64,000 nucleotides of DNA from Octopus sinensis (GCF_006345805.1 NW_021832381.1:1-64000), one strand, 5' to 3'. Shown: positions 37,229-49,927, counted from the stretch's first letter. The notes: generated by a model from the sequence alone, not told the origin. Made by a program: numbers and translations.

Positions 37229-38193
37229 TAGCTATTTTCATAAATTGATATTCATTTACTATAAATCAGTAACTTATATTTCTTGACCAACAAAGATGTA
37301 ATGGATTAAAAAATACATTATTTTATTTCAATTTCAAAACCTTATATTTTAGTATTTTAGTCAGAATACTTATCATTACAAAAATTGACATTCTAATTAA
37401 TTTTTTTGTTTCAAACAAGTAAATTGTTAACCGATCATGTCTTTATATTTTTCCTCTTTGTGTAGGGAAACTCTTTCCTTTGTAAAATCAATTAACACCT
37501 TTAATTCTTCACTTTCAATGAGACTATTCGTTGCTTTCACAATTTGATAGTTGTCGTCCTTCATGTTTGTGTCTCTAGCGTTTCCTGATTGTTATTTTTT
37601 TAATCGACTTTGATAATCGTTATTTCAATTTTTGATTAATCAATAACAAAAATATCTGGTTTGCAACGTCGTGTCTACTCTTATTTCAACACGACTATTT
37701 GGCACGGTATTTAAAATAAATAGTGATATTCATAAAAAAATTTCAAATAGACCTTTTGGAATTCAATTCACAAATACTATTGATCCTAAAAATTGTATGG
37801 TCGTTGTCTGAATGTTTTTTTAAAAAAAGTTTTAGGCCATATGGATTTTTGAGAATAAGGAAATTTGATGCTAGTTCATAAATAATGTGGATTAGTAAAA
37901 AATGACGATTAATCAAATTATTGATCAAAAGTCAGCAAACTGATCACAACTGCAGTCTCTTTCCTAAAACGTTTATTTTGATATCAACGAACAGTCTGTT
38001 ATTGAAAGGGATTCAGCCATTTACGAACTCTCCATAGGCAGTCTAAAAAACTTCACGGTAGATTTAAGAATTGAGTATTGTGATTAAGATCAATACAGTT
38101 CGTCTACCTATCCTTTAAATAATCGAAAATATTATTTTATATAATTGAATAATTTTTCTATAAATTATATTAAAATCTGAGCATGTTCTTGTT

Positions 38194-39749
38194 ATGAATA
38201 TATTTCGTCTTTTGTCTAAAGGTGCAAAATTTGATACTACAAGATTTTCGGATGATGCCAAGCGATTTCAGGTTAGATTAAGTAAACTATAAAAAGTTGT
38301 CACAAACTGAACCTTCAGAAGTTGTAGAAAATGATAAACCCGAGTGTATTGAAGAACTGAGACAAAAACACCAAATATCAGTAATTGGAGATAACGTTTG
38401 CGGCCCAATTACTGATTTTAATGATTTACTGCTTTTGGGATTTTCATCTCAATTAGTTGAAAACGTCCAAAAATTGGGATTTAAAAAACCAACTCCCGTT
38501 CAAATGCAATGTATCCCTGTTATGATGGTAAATTTTCCTCAAACCATTTCTAGACCAACGACGTTCTGGTTTGTGCCCCCACTGGATCTGGAAAAACATT
38601 GGCTTATATTTTGCCTATTTTAAATGATTTACGTCATCATAAAAATGTGGGACCGAGAGCTCTAATATTACTTCCTACTCGGGAATTATCGCGGCAAGTT
38701 TTCGGCGACATAAAAGCAGTCTGTACAGGCATATCCCTAAGAGTGGGGAATGACATATCTTGTGGTTGAAATAAATACTGACATGACAGACATTGTTGTG
38801 TCCACCCCAAAACGTATTCTATACAACAAGGAAATCATAACTCCCAGTGTCCGCTGGCTGGTTGCAGATGAGTGCGATAAACTTTTTGAGCCGAACTCCT
38901 TCAGAAAACAAGTCTTTCTTCTTTTTTATAATAGTTTTCCGATGTTTATGTTCTTTGTGATAATATTCGATTGAAACGTGGATTCTTCAGTGCAACATTT
39001 GGATCAGAAGTGGAGGAATGGTGTAGACTCAACGTGGATGATGCAGTTTTTCTTTATGTGGGGAATTGGTATGGCAATATTGTTTAGTTTAGTAATCCAA
39101 CAGTTCGACAAAAAATGGTTTTTGTAAGTGACCACGTGGGTAAATTATTTGCCATTCGCGATCTTATTCGCTCTGGAATTAGGACTCCCGCCCTCGTATT
39201 TGTTGATTCCAGAGAAAATGCTGACGGTCTTTACAAGGAATTGCTGTTTGATGAAATATCAGTTGATGTACTTCATTCTGGGAGAAATGTTAAAGAAGTA
39301 TTTTTTACTACTTTATTTTCAGAGAGATCGTATTGTCGAGAAATTTAGATTAGGGGATATTTCGGTTCTAATTTGTACTGATTTGGTATCACGGGGAATG
39401 GACTTTAGTGCTGTTAATTTAGTAATAAATTATGATATGCCAAAGTCTTCGATTGATTATATTCACCGCATTGGTTGGTGCTGTATTCCCCACTTTTAGG
39501 CAGAACTGGTCGTGCTGGTAGAAGCGGTGAAGCAGTGACATACTATACTCAGGAAGATATGGAGAATGGTCTAGAGCAGTATTTTATATTTTTTATTGTT
39601 TCAGCATTTCTAAAATAATTAAATCAGGGAGTTTACTTCCATCTTTTATAATCAATAGCGAGTTTATATGTTGGTGATTTAATGTTAGAAAACGACGGAT
39701 CAGTAGAAATAAGGACAAATCCAAGAAAAAAAGGCATTGTGTTAAATGA
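38194..39749 (+). CDS. DDX52: DEAD-box RNA helicase DDX52/ROK1, multi-exon
   Basis: N-terminal [13 protein letters not shown] motif [51 protein letters not shown] and [13 protein letters not shown]. Confidence 0.9.
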
Positions 39750-40119
39750 ATACTATAACTTTTATTTTAATTGTTGCTTTTGTAATATAAAGTGATTTAC
39801 TTTGGATATAATTTTTAATTCAATTTAAGAATTTCTGAACTTGATATATGTGTAAGGAGAGAGAACTATTTAGAATCCACTCATTAATTGAAGACTTAAT
39901 ACGGATTATAAAGAATGTCTTTTCACAAGATGAAAAAATTATGAAAGAATAACAATGCTTCAAAATAAACGCATAACAAATGCTTCAATTCTTCAAAATA
40001 AACGGTTACATGTAATCTATTGAAAAATAATGTTGCTAAAATAAAACTTTAGAACTTCGAATGCATGAGTTTTTGGAAAAACTTTTAGGGTGGAATCTTT
40101 GAATTCGGTGGAATCGATG

Positions 40120-41230
40120 AACAACTGATTTTGAGACTAAGACTCTACAAAAGTTTGTTCTGAATATCATCAAGTGGACCCCTGACTGCAAAGCAAGTGG
40201 CTGCGACGGCATCTAATTTTGTCAAAAAATTAATTTTTGGTTGAGGTGGTGAGGTGCCTCTTACAATAATAATCTCTAAAACATCTTCTTTGACATCTTC
40301 TCAAAGCTTTTCACTAGGAACTTTTAACATAAGAGGATTAAATGCTGAAGTCAAAGTAAATTCACTCTCTAAAGACCGCGTTGCGAATTTTACCGAGTTG
40401 AGATTTGCTGCATACAAAAACGAAAACCTGTTTGATGAAAAATTACGTAAATGGAAATTATAAATTCCTCATTTTGAACTCGTTGCGTAGGCACTACAGT
40501 TTAGGCTTCGCTGTTTATTTATCTATTGCGCCCTCCAATCTGTATGCTTTGAATTACACACTCTACGCTATATTCATTGCCGGGAATTTGCATTCTAAGG
40601 TTGGGAGAAAAAGAAACTCCGAGATCATGGTAAAGGAGTGAGAATATTTCCCCAGTGATATATTTCTGGAATTCTGCAGTGAATTGGATTTTTTGTAAAA
40701 CTGATTTTTTTAACATTCTGTGAGGCACAAACGACGTGGACGGGTTCAAGAAATATTGAAAATGGAAATCTAGCTCCAATATACAACATGATTGAATAAA
40801 CAGCTACTTATTCATATAGAGGATGTACGACATATAGTGACCACAAACTGGTTGTTATTCGAATTACTTCTTACAGAGGAAATTTTATATACTGGCGTTA
40901 AAACAAGTCACTTCAAACAATCTGGCGAAGATGGCGGGGAGGATGCCTCTAAGCATGGCTCAAGTAAAACACTTCTAGAGCGACACGAAAGAGCTTCCAA
41001 CTAACTATGTAAAATGCACAAAGCCTTACGATTACTGAATCGAATTATCAAAAAAGGCAGCATAATCATCCTTGATGAGCTGTTTGAAGTGACTTGTTAT
41101 AACAACAACAATAGCCCTGCCGCAAGATGAGAACGAAATGTTGACATCTCGCTTGGACCAGCCACATAAGATCAAGACAGAAAGAGAACATGTTATTAAG
41201 AAACTAACTAATCCAAACGAAGACATGTGT
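40120..41230 (+). mobile_element. Internally deleted RTE-like non-LTR element
   Basis: APE start FSLGTFNIRGL. The 3' segment is shared with 55700-55810 and encodes QDRKRT. Confidence 0.55.
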
Positions 41231-41364
41231 TTCTGCTCCATCTATTTTTCTTTTATGGTGTGGCTGATGTAGACATCCGGTTCCGCAGTGGAATCACTGA
41301 TGACGGCGTCACTCGTCAATCCGGGGTGGTGGCGTAATGCGAAAACAGTGACTTGTTAAAACTA

Positions 41365-43930
41365 CAGTGAAACCTCTCGAATCCGCCGCTTCTCGAATCC
41401 GCTTGTTTTAATCAAAAATTTGAAATTTCCTATGAATGATTCTTGAATCCGCTTGTTTCTCGAATCCGCTCCTCAAGTATTATGAAAAATAATTTTTTTA
41501 TCTAATTGTAAGTTAAATTAATTAACATTTTAAAATTCTCATTACACGTTAAATTGTATTTTTGTGATACGTTGCTGTGTTAGACTTTCTATCAACAAAA
41601 AAATTTCTATACTACGTTATATTTGTGACAACCCATTCGTTTCTGGACCTCAAATTTCCAGGATTTTTTCTTCACGGTTAAAAAAGAAAATTTCTCCGAG
41701 AACTATAAACGACCTTAAATCAAAATCGGACCTGTTGAATAGGACTGACATCAAAAAATTAAACATAACGAGAATTCCAAAACTCAAATTTAATGAAATT
41801 GATGTAGCGATGATAACATGGATTAACCTAATGGAATTTAGTGGAGCAATTCTATCAGATTCGATGTTAATTGCAAAAGCTCTTAAATTTGGAAAAAATT
41901 TTCCAGAATTTAAAGCAAGTCGTGGGTGGTTAGAAAAGTTTAAATTACGAAATGGTATCAAGTTAAGAAAATTTCACGGAGACAGTGGATCAGTAAATCA
42001 TGATGAAAAATCTATTACTGATTTTAATGAAACAATGAGTTTAAAAATTGAACAATATGTATTGGACAATGTTTATAATGCAGATGAAACTGGTGTTTTT
42101 TACAAGGCGATTCCTTCTAAAAGTGTGTGCACTAAATCACGGCCTAGAATAAAGTTGTCGAAGGATCGATTTTCTTTACTACTATGCGCAAATTGTTCTG
42201 GTTCCGATAAAAGAAGGCCTGTAATGATAGGAAGATTCAAAAGTCCAAGGTGTTTTAAAAATTTTAACATTGGAAAATATGTTACCTACACCCATTCCAA
42301 TAAGGCATGGATGAACCGTGAAATTTTTAACAAGTGGCTCAGTGATTTTGATTGTGAACTTGCGAAGAAAAAAAGAAAAATTCTACTTGTAATAGATCAA
42401 TGTCTATCTCAGGTGTTCTCAACCGTGGGCGAATCGCCCCCCTAGGGGCGATAATTTTGTACAGGGGGGCGATAATTTTGTACAAGGGGGCGATAATATA
42501 TTTAGTAAAATATTCGAATTTTAATATAATACAAGTATTTATACATGTTAATTTTAATAATGTTTCAGATTTATTAATATTTTTCTATAGTGTTTATCCT
42601 TAATTTTATATTTAAAGATGTTTTATTTTATATTTATTCTAAAGATGTCTTCTCGCTCAAATAAGAAAAGTCGTCATTATCAAAACGAATATTTAAAATA
42701 TGGGTTTATTCAAAGTACTGAAGATACAAAACAGCCTTATTGTCTTATTTGTCAATGTTCTTTCTCAAATGAGGCGATGAAGCCATCACGATTACAGGAT
42801 CATCTAAAACGCAAGCACCCGGATAAAATGTCAAAGCCGATTGAATATTTTCAAAATTTAAAATACAATTTTGAAAATAAGAAAACGATCAAATCGTTAT
42901 TCACAAAGCCAGTACATGATGGTTTATTACATTTGATTTATTATTTTATATTTTGATTTTTGAGTTATATACAAAAAACAACCAATTAAGGGACAATGCC
43001 CAAAAATTTTTAAATTGTATGTGGACAAGGGGGCGATAAAATTTCAAAGGGGGGCGATAAACAAAAAAAGGTTGAGAATGCCTGGTCTATCTCATCAAAT
43101 TATTGTTACGTTAAACTCAATTGAAATTCTTTTTTTGCCTCCTAGAACTTACTCGCTCTTGCAAACAATGGATCAATGAATTATAAAATGCTTTAAAGCC
43201 GAATTTACCAATTTGAAAATAAATGATATAATCGAAAAGGTTGAGGCAGGGGAAAATTGTCAGAATGCAATTAATGGAATCACCCTTAAAACTGCTGCGA
43301 CATTAACATTCTTCGCTTGGAATAAAGTTACTCCTACGACCATCAAAAATTGTTTCCGTCATGCACAATGGATAAAATGTGAAACAATCACAATCAACAG
43401 TGAATCTAAGAACTACGAAAATAATTATGAAGAAATAATTAAGAAATTTCAAATTGACGATCCAATATCTTATAGTGAATTTGTTGATTACGGATATACT
43501 GAAAATGAAGAGCTAATGGAATTTTTAGAAAAATCTGAACAAGCTGGTACATTACAGCCAAAAAAAGTTCAATCAGTTAGTGATTTTATTTAATAATTAT
43601 ACTTAGGAAACAATTATTGAAGAGGAATCAAATGAGAAAAGAGTTGATCCCTCAGAAGCTTTCAGAACTCTAGAGATTATTCAAACTTATGCTTCTCAGG
43701 TAAATGCAGATATAGATGATCATGAAAATATTATGCGAATTGGGGAAATGTTAAGAAAATTAATTAAAAAATAAAATTTCTGATTTTTTTGAATATAAAT
43801 AATTTTATGTATTCAGTCATTTGTATATAAAAAGAAATACTTAATCTATATTGTAAGTTCATGTTTCAACTATAAAATATTATTTAAATTGCCTCTCGAA
43901 TCCGCCGATTTTGGGACCGACCAAAAATCC
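41365..43930 (+). mobile_element. Tigger/pogo transposon, disrupted by a hAT MITE; right TIR truncated
   Basis: Left end TA|CAGTGAAACCTCTCGAATCCGC. HTH FKASRGWLEKFKLRNGI, YNADETGVFY, KAWMNREIF and ILLVIDQC. After the MITE the frame resumes with LFLPPRTYSLLQTMDQ*II. The CTCTCGAATCCGC motif recurs at ~43892. Confidence 0.9.
42410..43084 (+). mobile_element. hAT (Buster/Charlie-type) MITE copy 1, 675 bp, carrying a BED-finger-only ORF
   Basis: TSD GTCTATCT (42402-42409 and 43085-43092). TIRs CAGGTGTTCTCAACC / CAGGCATTCTCAACC with GGGGCGATAA subterminal repeats. ORF contains YLKYGF...PYCLIC...MKPSRLQDHLKRKH. Confidence 0.95.
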
Positions 43931-45253
43931 CATTATTAATCCATATCTAAAAGCCGGGAAAACAAAGGGGTGACCTGAGAAACTTGAGGCAGATAGTTCT
44001 GCTGACTACTACAATGAAATGTCTGTCAATTATTGCACTTGGCAGAATATCAAAATACGTAAAGTAATATGTGACATGGTTTGCGTGATACCTATGGGCC
44101 GCGCGATACCTGACGTGACCTTGCAGCTTAACTTAATGTCAATATTGTAATTAATATTAAACTTCAAAGAATAATAACTTGTTAATTATTTTTTAAGTTT
44201 GGACATTGGCACAATCGAAATTTCGCTCATCGAATTTTTTATCTATTAAATTTGAATGTTTAAACTACCTCAACGCGATTGTTTGATAAAATACTGATAA
44301 TTTCTGCAGATGGATAATATGGAGATTCAAACTTATTCAGTCGCAATCTTTTCGGACTTGTAAACGAATAATTACAATCATCTACATATAGAAATTCAAA
44401 TTACATGAATTTTCAATTGGACTCGGACAATTGTTTGCATCATCGACTTGATCAGGACTCAACAAATCATTACCTGAATTATCTAAGGAATAATTTTATA
44501 ATTACAACCATAAAATATTGTATTTATTCCACTTATTCCCCGGTATTTTTCAAAAGGGCTCTCATTAGAAGATGAGTGGACAGAAATGTTATAACTGTAC
44601 ACTGCATTTTCTAATTTTTCCAGCCACTTTTTATTATCATTGTCGATCATTTTTGCCATTTTTCTTGTAATTGACTGGTTGAAGCGTTCGACAATCCCTT
44701 GTGAGCGGGGATTGTTTGGCCTTCCGTGAATTCGTTTGATATTGAATTCCTCACATAGATTGGTCATTTCACGATTCTTGAATTCAGTCCCATTATCGGA
44801 CTGAAGAAATTGACACGGACCATTTAAGAAAAATAAGGTTTTCACAAACTTCATTTGAGGACTTAGTGTAGAGCGGCCTCGCAAATGCAAATCTATAAAA
44901 ATTGTTAAAAAAACTAACCTGCTATATACGTCAATGCCGTTAAAATCCATTTAAAATTTTTATTTATGGTAGAAAAACTTTTCAGATCTATAAGATCTAT
45001 CTGAAATCTTTCATTTGGGCTAGATGCAAAGACATGGTTATTTATATCTCCAATCTAGGATTTAAAAAAGTTAAAACTTTTAAGGGTCGCGCAAATTTAC
45101 AAATTTCACAGTTTCGAATGACTTTTCTAATAATCTCATTTTTAACTGTGAAATATCGTTGTCGACATTCATATTCAATTTTGTTAACTCCTCCATGCAA
45201 GAAGTCATGCAAACTTTTAGCAACGATCTCCATTTCGGGTTCATTGTCTAGAC

Positions 45254-45949
45254 CAGGCATTCTCAACCTTTTTTTGTTCATCGCCCCCTTAGATATTTTA
45301 TCGCCCCCCTTTGAAATTTTATCGCCCCCTTGTCCACATACAATTTAAAAATTTTTGGGCATTGTCCCTTAATTGGTTGTTTTTTGTATATAACTCAAAA
45401 ATCAAAATATAAAATAATAAATCAAATGTAATAAACCATCATGTACTGGCTTTGTGAATAACGATTTGATCGTTTTCTTATTTTCAAAATTGTATTTTAA
45501 ATTTTGAAAATATTCAATCGGCTTTGACATTTTATCCGGGTGCTTGCGTTTTAGATGATCCTGTAATCGTGATGGCTTCATCGCCTCATTTGAGAAAGAA
45601 CATTGACAAATAAGACAATAAGGCTGTTTTGTATCTTCAGTACTTTGAATAAACCCATATTTTAAATATTCGTTTTGATAATGACGACTTTTCTTATTTG
45701 AGCGAGAAGACATCTTTAGAATAAATATAAAATAAAACATCTTTAAATATAAAATTTAAGGATAAACACTATAGAAAAATATTAATAAATCTGAAACATT
45801 ATTAAAATTAACATGTATAAATACTTGTATTATATTAAAATTCGAATATTTTACTAAATATATTATCGCCCCCTTGTACAAAATTATCGCCCCCCTGTAC
45901 AAAATTATCGCCCCTAGGGGGGCGATTCGCCCACGGTTGAGAACACCTG
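45254..45949 (-). mobile_element. hAT MITE copy 2, 696 bp, inverted relative to copy 1
   Basis: TSD GTCTAGAC (45246-45253 and 45950-45957). Same translated ORF as copy 1, with one extra 21-bp subterminal repeat unit. Removing it restores the Ginger frame VICLD|NEPEMEI. Confidence 0.95.
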
Positions 45950-46359
45950 GTCTAGACAAATCACTAGCTTGTGATCTGAATTCGCACATTTAAGATACAA
46001 TCTATACATTTACAATTTGTATGATACCTTTCATTAATTACAGTAAAATTTTCAATTTTCTTAACTAGTCTATATTTTTTTTGCTTTGTAAGATGTTCAG
46101 GAAATTTATCCTGTAAAACATCTTTTAAAATTTGATATTCCAAACTATTCTTTACATAACCTTTGTACGAGGACATTGCTGCAAAATATACTTGCACGCT
46201 AGAAATAACTCAAGAAATTTAGGTTTTCCACCAAAAAAATTAATTTCTGATAATTAAATTCCTACAAATATAATTTTTTGTCAAAATGAGAGAGTCTTTA
46301 GCTAATTTAGTAAATTATTAAATGATAAGAATGAGTCGCGGTCTAATTAAAAGATTTAT

Positions 46360-46694
46360 AATCTCGGAGCTCAACCTTCCTTCTTCAGCTGTCGAGCCTG
46401 GCTCAGTCTCTCGCAAAACCGAGAAGATGAAGATTGGAAAGTACAAGGAGCTCTCTGAACGGTATCTGTTCACTCCCATCGCCGTCGAGACTTCCGGCGT
46501 CATCGGCGAAAAGTCTCTTTCCTTTCTAAAAAAGCTTGGCCGCATGATCTCCCATAAACGGGGAGACCACGCGAGTCCAAGTGGCTTTTCGAAAGGATTT
46601 CCTTGGCCATAGTACGTGGAAACTGTGTTTCCATTTACGATGCCGGGAATTTAGTTAGTTAATAACTATTTGTTAATTACATATAAAAAAAAAA
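46360..46694 (+). mobile_element. 5'-truncated CRE-clade retrotransposon (RLE tail plus poly-A) inside the Ginger element
   Basis: SRKTEKMKIGKYKELSERYLFTPIAVETSGVIGEKSLSFLKKLGR, followed by an A10 tail at ~46685-46694. Confidence 0.75.
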
Positions 46695-47156
46695 TTTAAT
46701 CCCATCAATGTCATAATTGTACATTTCAAGGTCACGTCAGGTATCGCGCGGCCCATAGGTATCGCGCAAACCATGTCACATAATATCTGTTGGTTTCTAT
46801 TAGTGTGTTGCGTTGGCCACCAGAATCACTTAATCTAAGGATTTCCTTCAGATGTATGCATATGTCTGTTGTAACGGAGTCGGTTCTACTCCCCTTTCCG
46901 AACATAACGGCGACGACTCAGACTTGTGCACATTCCCTGTTGGATCTTCAATGGAAAGGGTTTTCTGGAGACAATGATCTTCTTAATTAGTTCGGATTCT
47001 TGTTCTCTCATTTTCTTTTCTTTCAAAACAAAAAAAAATAAAAAAATATCTGTCATTGGGCTAAAGTGGTTTTATAACCGGAAGATCCACAGTCGATTTT
47101 CACATTAATAAAATTCGATCTTTCAGGTTTAAATAGAAAAACTAAATCTTAAAAAA

Positions 47157-47229
47157 CGACCACGCTGGGACTCGAACCCAGAATCTCCCGATCCGTAGTC
47201 GGGTGCGTTATCCATTGCGCCACGCGGCC
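47157..47229 (-). tRNA. tRNA-Arg(ACG)
   Basis: 73-nt GGCCGCGTGGCGCAATGGATAACGCA-CCCGA-CTACGGA-TCGGG-AGATTCTGGGTTCGAGTCCCAGCGTGGTCG, followed by a T6 terminator. Confidence 0.95.
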
Positions 47230-47299
47230 TTTTTTCAAGGTGTTTTCGCAATTATATTTGATATTAAACCCAAATTAGTGATTTATTAATTAGCATTTT

Positions 47300-47698
47300 T
47301 GACTTTCACGGGTTCCGGCATTTACCAAATGGAATTGATTGATTTGCAAAATGATGTTGAACTGAAAAGTTTGTTCAGCAACATTTCAATAATTAACTTG
47401 TATTCGAGAATTCCAGAGAACCGATTTCCGAATCTAGTCTATAATGCAAAGAAAAATTTATCGACGTTTGGATCAACATATGTCTGCGAATCGACATTTA
47501 GTAAACTTGTTCAAATTAAAACAAAGTTTCGCAGCAGGTTGACTAATAGTCATCTAAGTGATTTGCTACGTACTTTAACTAGTAAAATTAAACCTAATTT
47601 TGATTATTTATTTAATAAATAATTGTTAAAAATTATTTGCGGCCCCAGTAATTTTTGTTAATTTGCGGCCCCTGATTAAAGAAGCTTGAGAATCACTA
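47300..47698 (+). mobile_element. hAT 3' fragment (dimerisation domain plus right end)
   Basis: MELIDLQND...FGSTYVCESTFS...RSRLTNSHL; right end GCGGCCCC...TTGAGAATCACTA. Confidence 0.8.
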
Positions 47699-47789
47699 TC
47701 TTAGACCAATCTCCTTAGAATTAAGTGGTAGTTCAAATTGTGTCTACCCATCATTATCAAAATGTTTAGGATCGACTCGGCACTTCTTA

Positions 47790-48480
47790 ACGTATTATCG
47801 ATTGAATGTTTTGTATATTGCAAGGAGAGAATCTCAATAAGTATACCCTTCGGGGCGCGATTTTGCATGCGAGCCTTCGGCAGATATTACTGACTGCAAT
47901 ATGGCGTACTCCTCCATCATTTTTTCGAAAAGCAATATAGTGTGAACTGAAAAGGAGATCCCTAACCAAGCCTGGGTTCTCAGCGTTGACGATCCGTTCG
48001 AAAAGTTTAGTAATACACTTGATCAGGCGGATTCCAGCTTCCATAGTCAATCAAGCCGTTCTTTATATGATTCGGCCGGAGACCATCAATTCCTCCACTA
48101 CTACTCGGTCTGAAGAAATGAATCCTTTCCAAGATTTTATCCTCCAAAATTGACAATATATGATCATTGTCTTGTGTGGGAAACTTCCATAAGTTATCTG
48201 GGGGCATCGGATGTTTGTTTTTGGAGTGTTCCAATGTCTCGAAAGTAGATTCAGCAAAGTGAATCAGAAACGAAAGGGCTTGAGCGGCCGGATGGATGTC
48301 GCGACCCATGAGTTTACGACTGACTTGGGTATTGAACCACTAACCTAATTTTTCTTCAATACACATTGGGTAATTGCTCGCTTTACAATCGTAGTCAATA
48401 CAAGAGACATCCAATCCAAGAATGGTCCTCCCCTGAGCTCAGCGCATCAGTGATAAGATCGCACAAGCAGTTTGCCGCAG
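47790..48480 (-). mobile_element. CRE-clade retrotransposon, RT N-terminal fragment
   Basis: FFRPSSSGGIDGLRPNHIK and IAFRKNDGGVRHIAVSNICRRLACK. Confidence 0.75.
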
Positions 48481-48769
48481 AGATCCAAGCCTGTTTAGAA
48501 TATTTTCTTAGATTTCCCTAATTTGCAAACGCCACATTTCATGGTGTTGATTTTATTACACCAATGATAAACAGAAGAGTCGTTCTCCACTATCTTAAGA
48601 GTTTCGATCGTCTTGGAGTCTTTTTCTTTCGATTTATTTTGCCCTAACGAAACACACAATCTGAATGTCCATAGCAACATTCAATTCTATATTTTATGAT
48701 TAATTGTTGTAATTAACAATTGACCAATCATAAACTTTCATGACAGCTTTCAGTCTATCTAGAGTCTAG

Positions 48770-49927
48770 ATAGGATACGCGGTACGGTGTTGTCCATTGT
48801 GAATTGGATACGCGGTAAATCTCTCAATCACAGGAGATTTAAAAAAATGTTAGTGGAAATTGACACAGTGCATAATGATGTGCTTTACCATACCACTGTT
48901 CGATGGTTGAGTCGTGCCGCGTGCCTCAAAAGGTATATTTGCTTGAATAGAAGTTAGATTTTATGAACTACTCCCTCAAATAAGAGAATTTGTTAAAGAC
49001 CACAAATACCATGATTTGTTGAGCAGTAAAGAGTGGATTGCCGATTTAGCTTTTTGGGTAGATCTAACCTCTCATTTATCGTCGTTAAATTGTGAATTAC
49101 AGGGGAAATATAAATTTTGCCATCAACTCTATGGATCTATTGCTTCTTTTATATCAAAATTAAAACTTTGGAGGGATCAAATAATGCTCAAAGATACAAT
49201 TCATTTTACTTGTTTGAGTGAAAATAAAGCTAACGGTTCATTTGAAAAATATACTACCATTATCAGTCACCTTATTGTTGAATTTGAAAAACGTTCTAAG
49301 GTTTATTAAAATTTAGTTTATTTTAAGAATTTTGATGAAATTTTGCCATCAATGAAAATTTTTGCAGCACCATTCAATATAGATCCTAAGAATGCTCCGC
49401 CATCACTCCAATTAGAATTGATAGACCTTCAATCAGATGTGCAATTTACCTCAGTGCAAAAGATTGAAAATTTAATGGAATTTTATAGTTCACTTCCCAA
49501 AGAAAAATATCCGAATATACTCATAAATGCTTATAAATATGCTTCAATGTTCGGATCCACTTATTTATGTGAGTCAATTTTCAGTAAAATGATTCACATA
49601 AAAAATAAATATCGAAATAAATTGACTGATAATCACTTATGCCAGCTTTTGCGATCTACATGTGCCTCCTATATTCCGTGTTATGACAAATTAGTTAACA
49701 ATTAGTTAAAATAGCTAACAATTTTTCGTTTTAGTTAACAATTTTTCGTTTTAGTCATTTTCCTTTAATTAATTAAGACTAACTATCTCGGTTTCTGAAT
49801 AAAAAATGAATCTAAAAAAAAATTAGTTAAAAGTTAATGAAAGTTTTAATTTAATTTATTCTGCGGCCCCGAAGACAATGGTTAATTATCGATTTGGCCC
49901 CGACGTTAAAAAACTTGAGAAACCCTG
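48770..49927 (+). mobile_element. 5'-truncated hAT (SPIN/Buster-like) element
   Basis: IVNWIRGKSLNHRRF...YHTTVRWLSR, DLTSHLSSLNCELQG and FGSTYLCESIFSKM. Right TIR ...TTGAGAAACCCTG followed by ATCTAGAC. Confidence 0.85.

Larger units (their letters stand above)
44070..46780 (-). mobile_element. Ginger/TDD-like DNA transposon (rve integrase) with four mini-introns; inactivated by frameshifts and a MITE
   Basis: 54-bp TIRs starting TGTGACATGG with one mismatch. 5-bp TSD TAATA. Reconstructed CDS 46176->44260 has an HHCC-like region (LHDFLHGG...CEIC), ERFQIDLIDL, FLQSDNGTEF and HGRPNNPRSQGIVERFN. Confidence 0.9.
43935..47100 (+). mobile_element. RTE RT remnant split by the Ginger insertion (43935-44069 and 46786-~47100)
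   Basis: KPGKQRGDLRNLRQIVLLTTTMKCLSIIALGRISKYVK*YLL reads across the junction once the Ginger element and one TAATA copy are removed. Confidence 0.6.

Noticed and set aside
37400-38100. Possible RT remnant or small gene between WDR44 and DDX52
   Set aside because: Fragments such as FRK...SCDQ are too short and interrupted to call.
41270-41360. Hammerhead or HDV-like ribozyme (CTGATGA ... GAAA)
   Set aside because: Stem II does not close G-C after CUGAUGA, there is no UH site with a stem I, and the HDV P3/P2 pairings could not be completed. The motif is kept only as unexplained.
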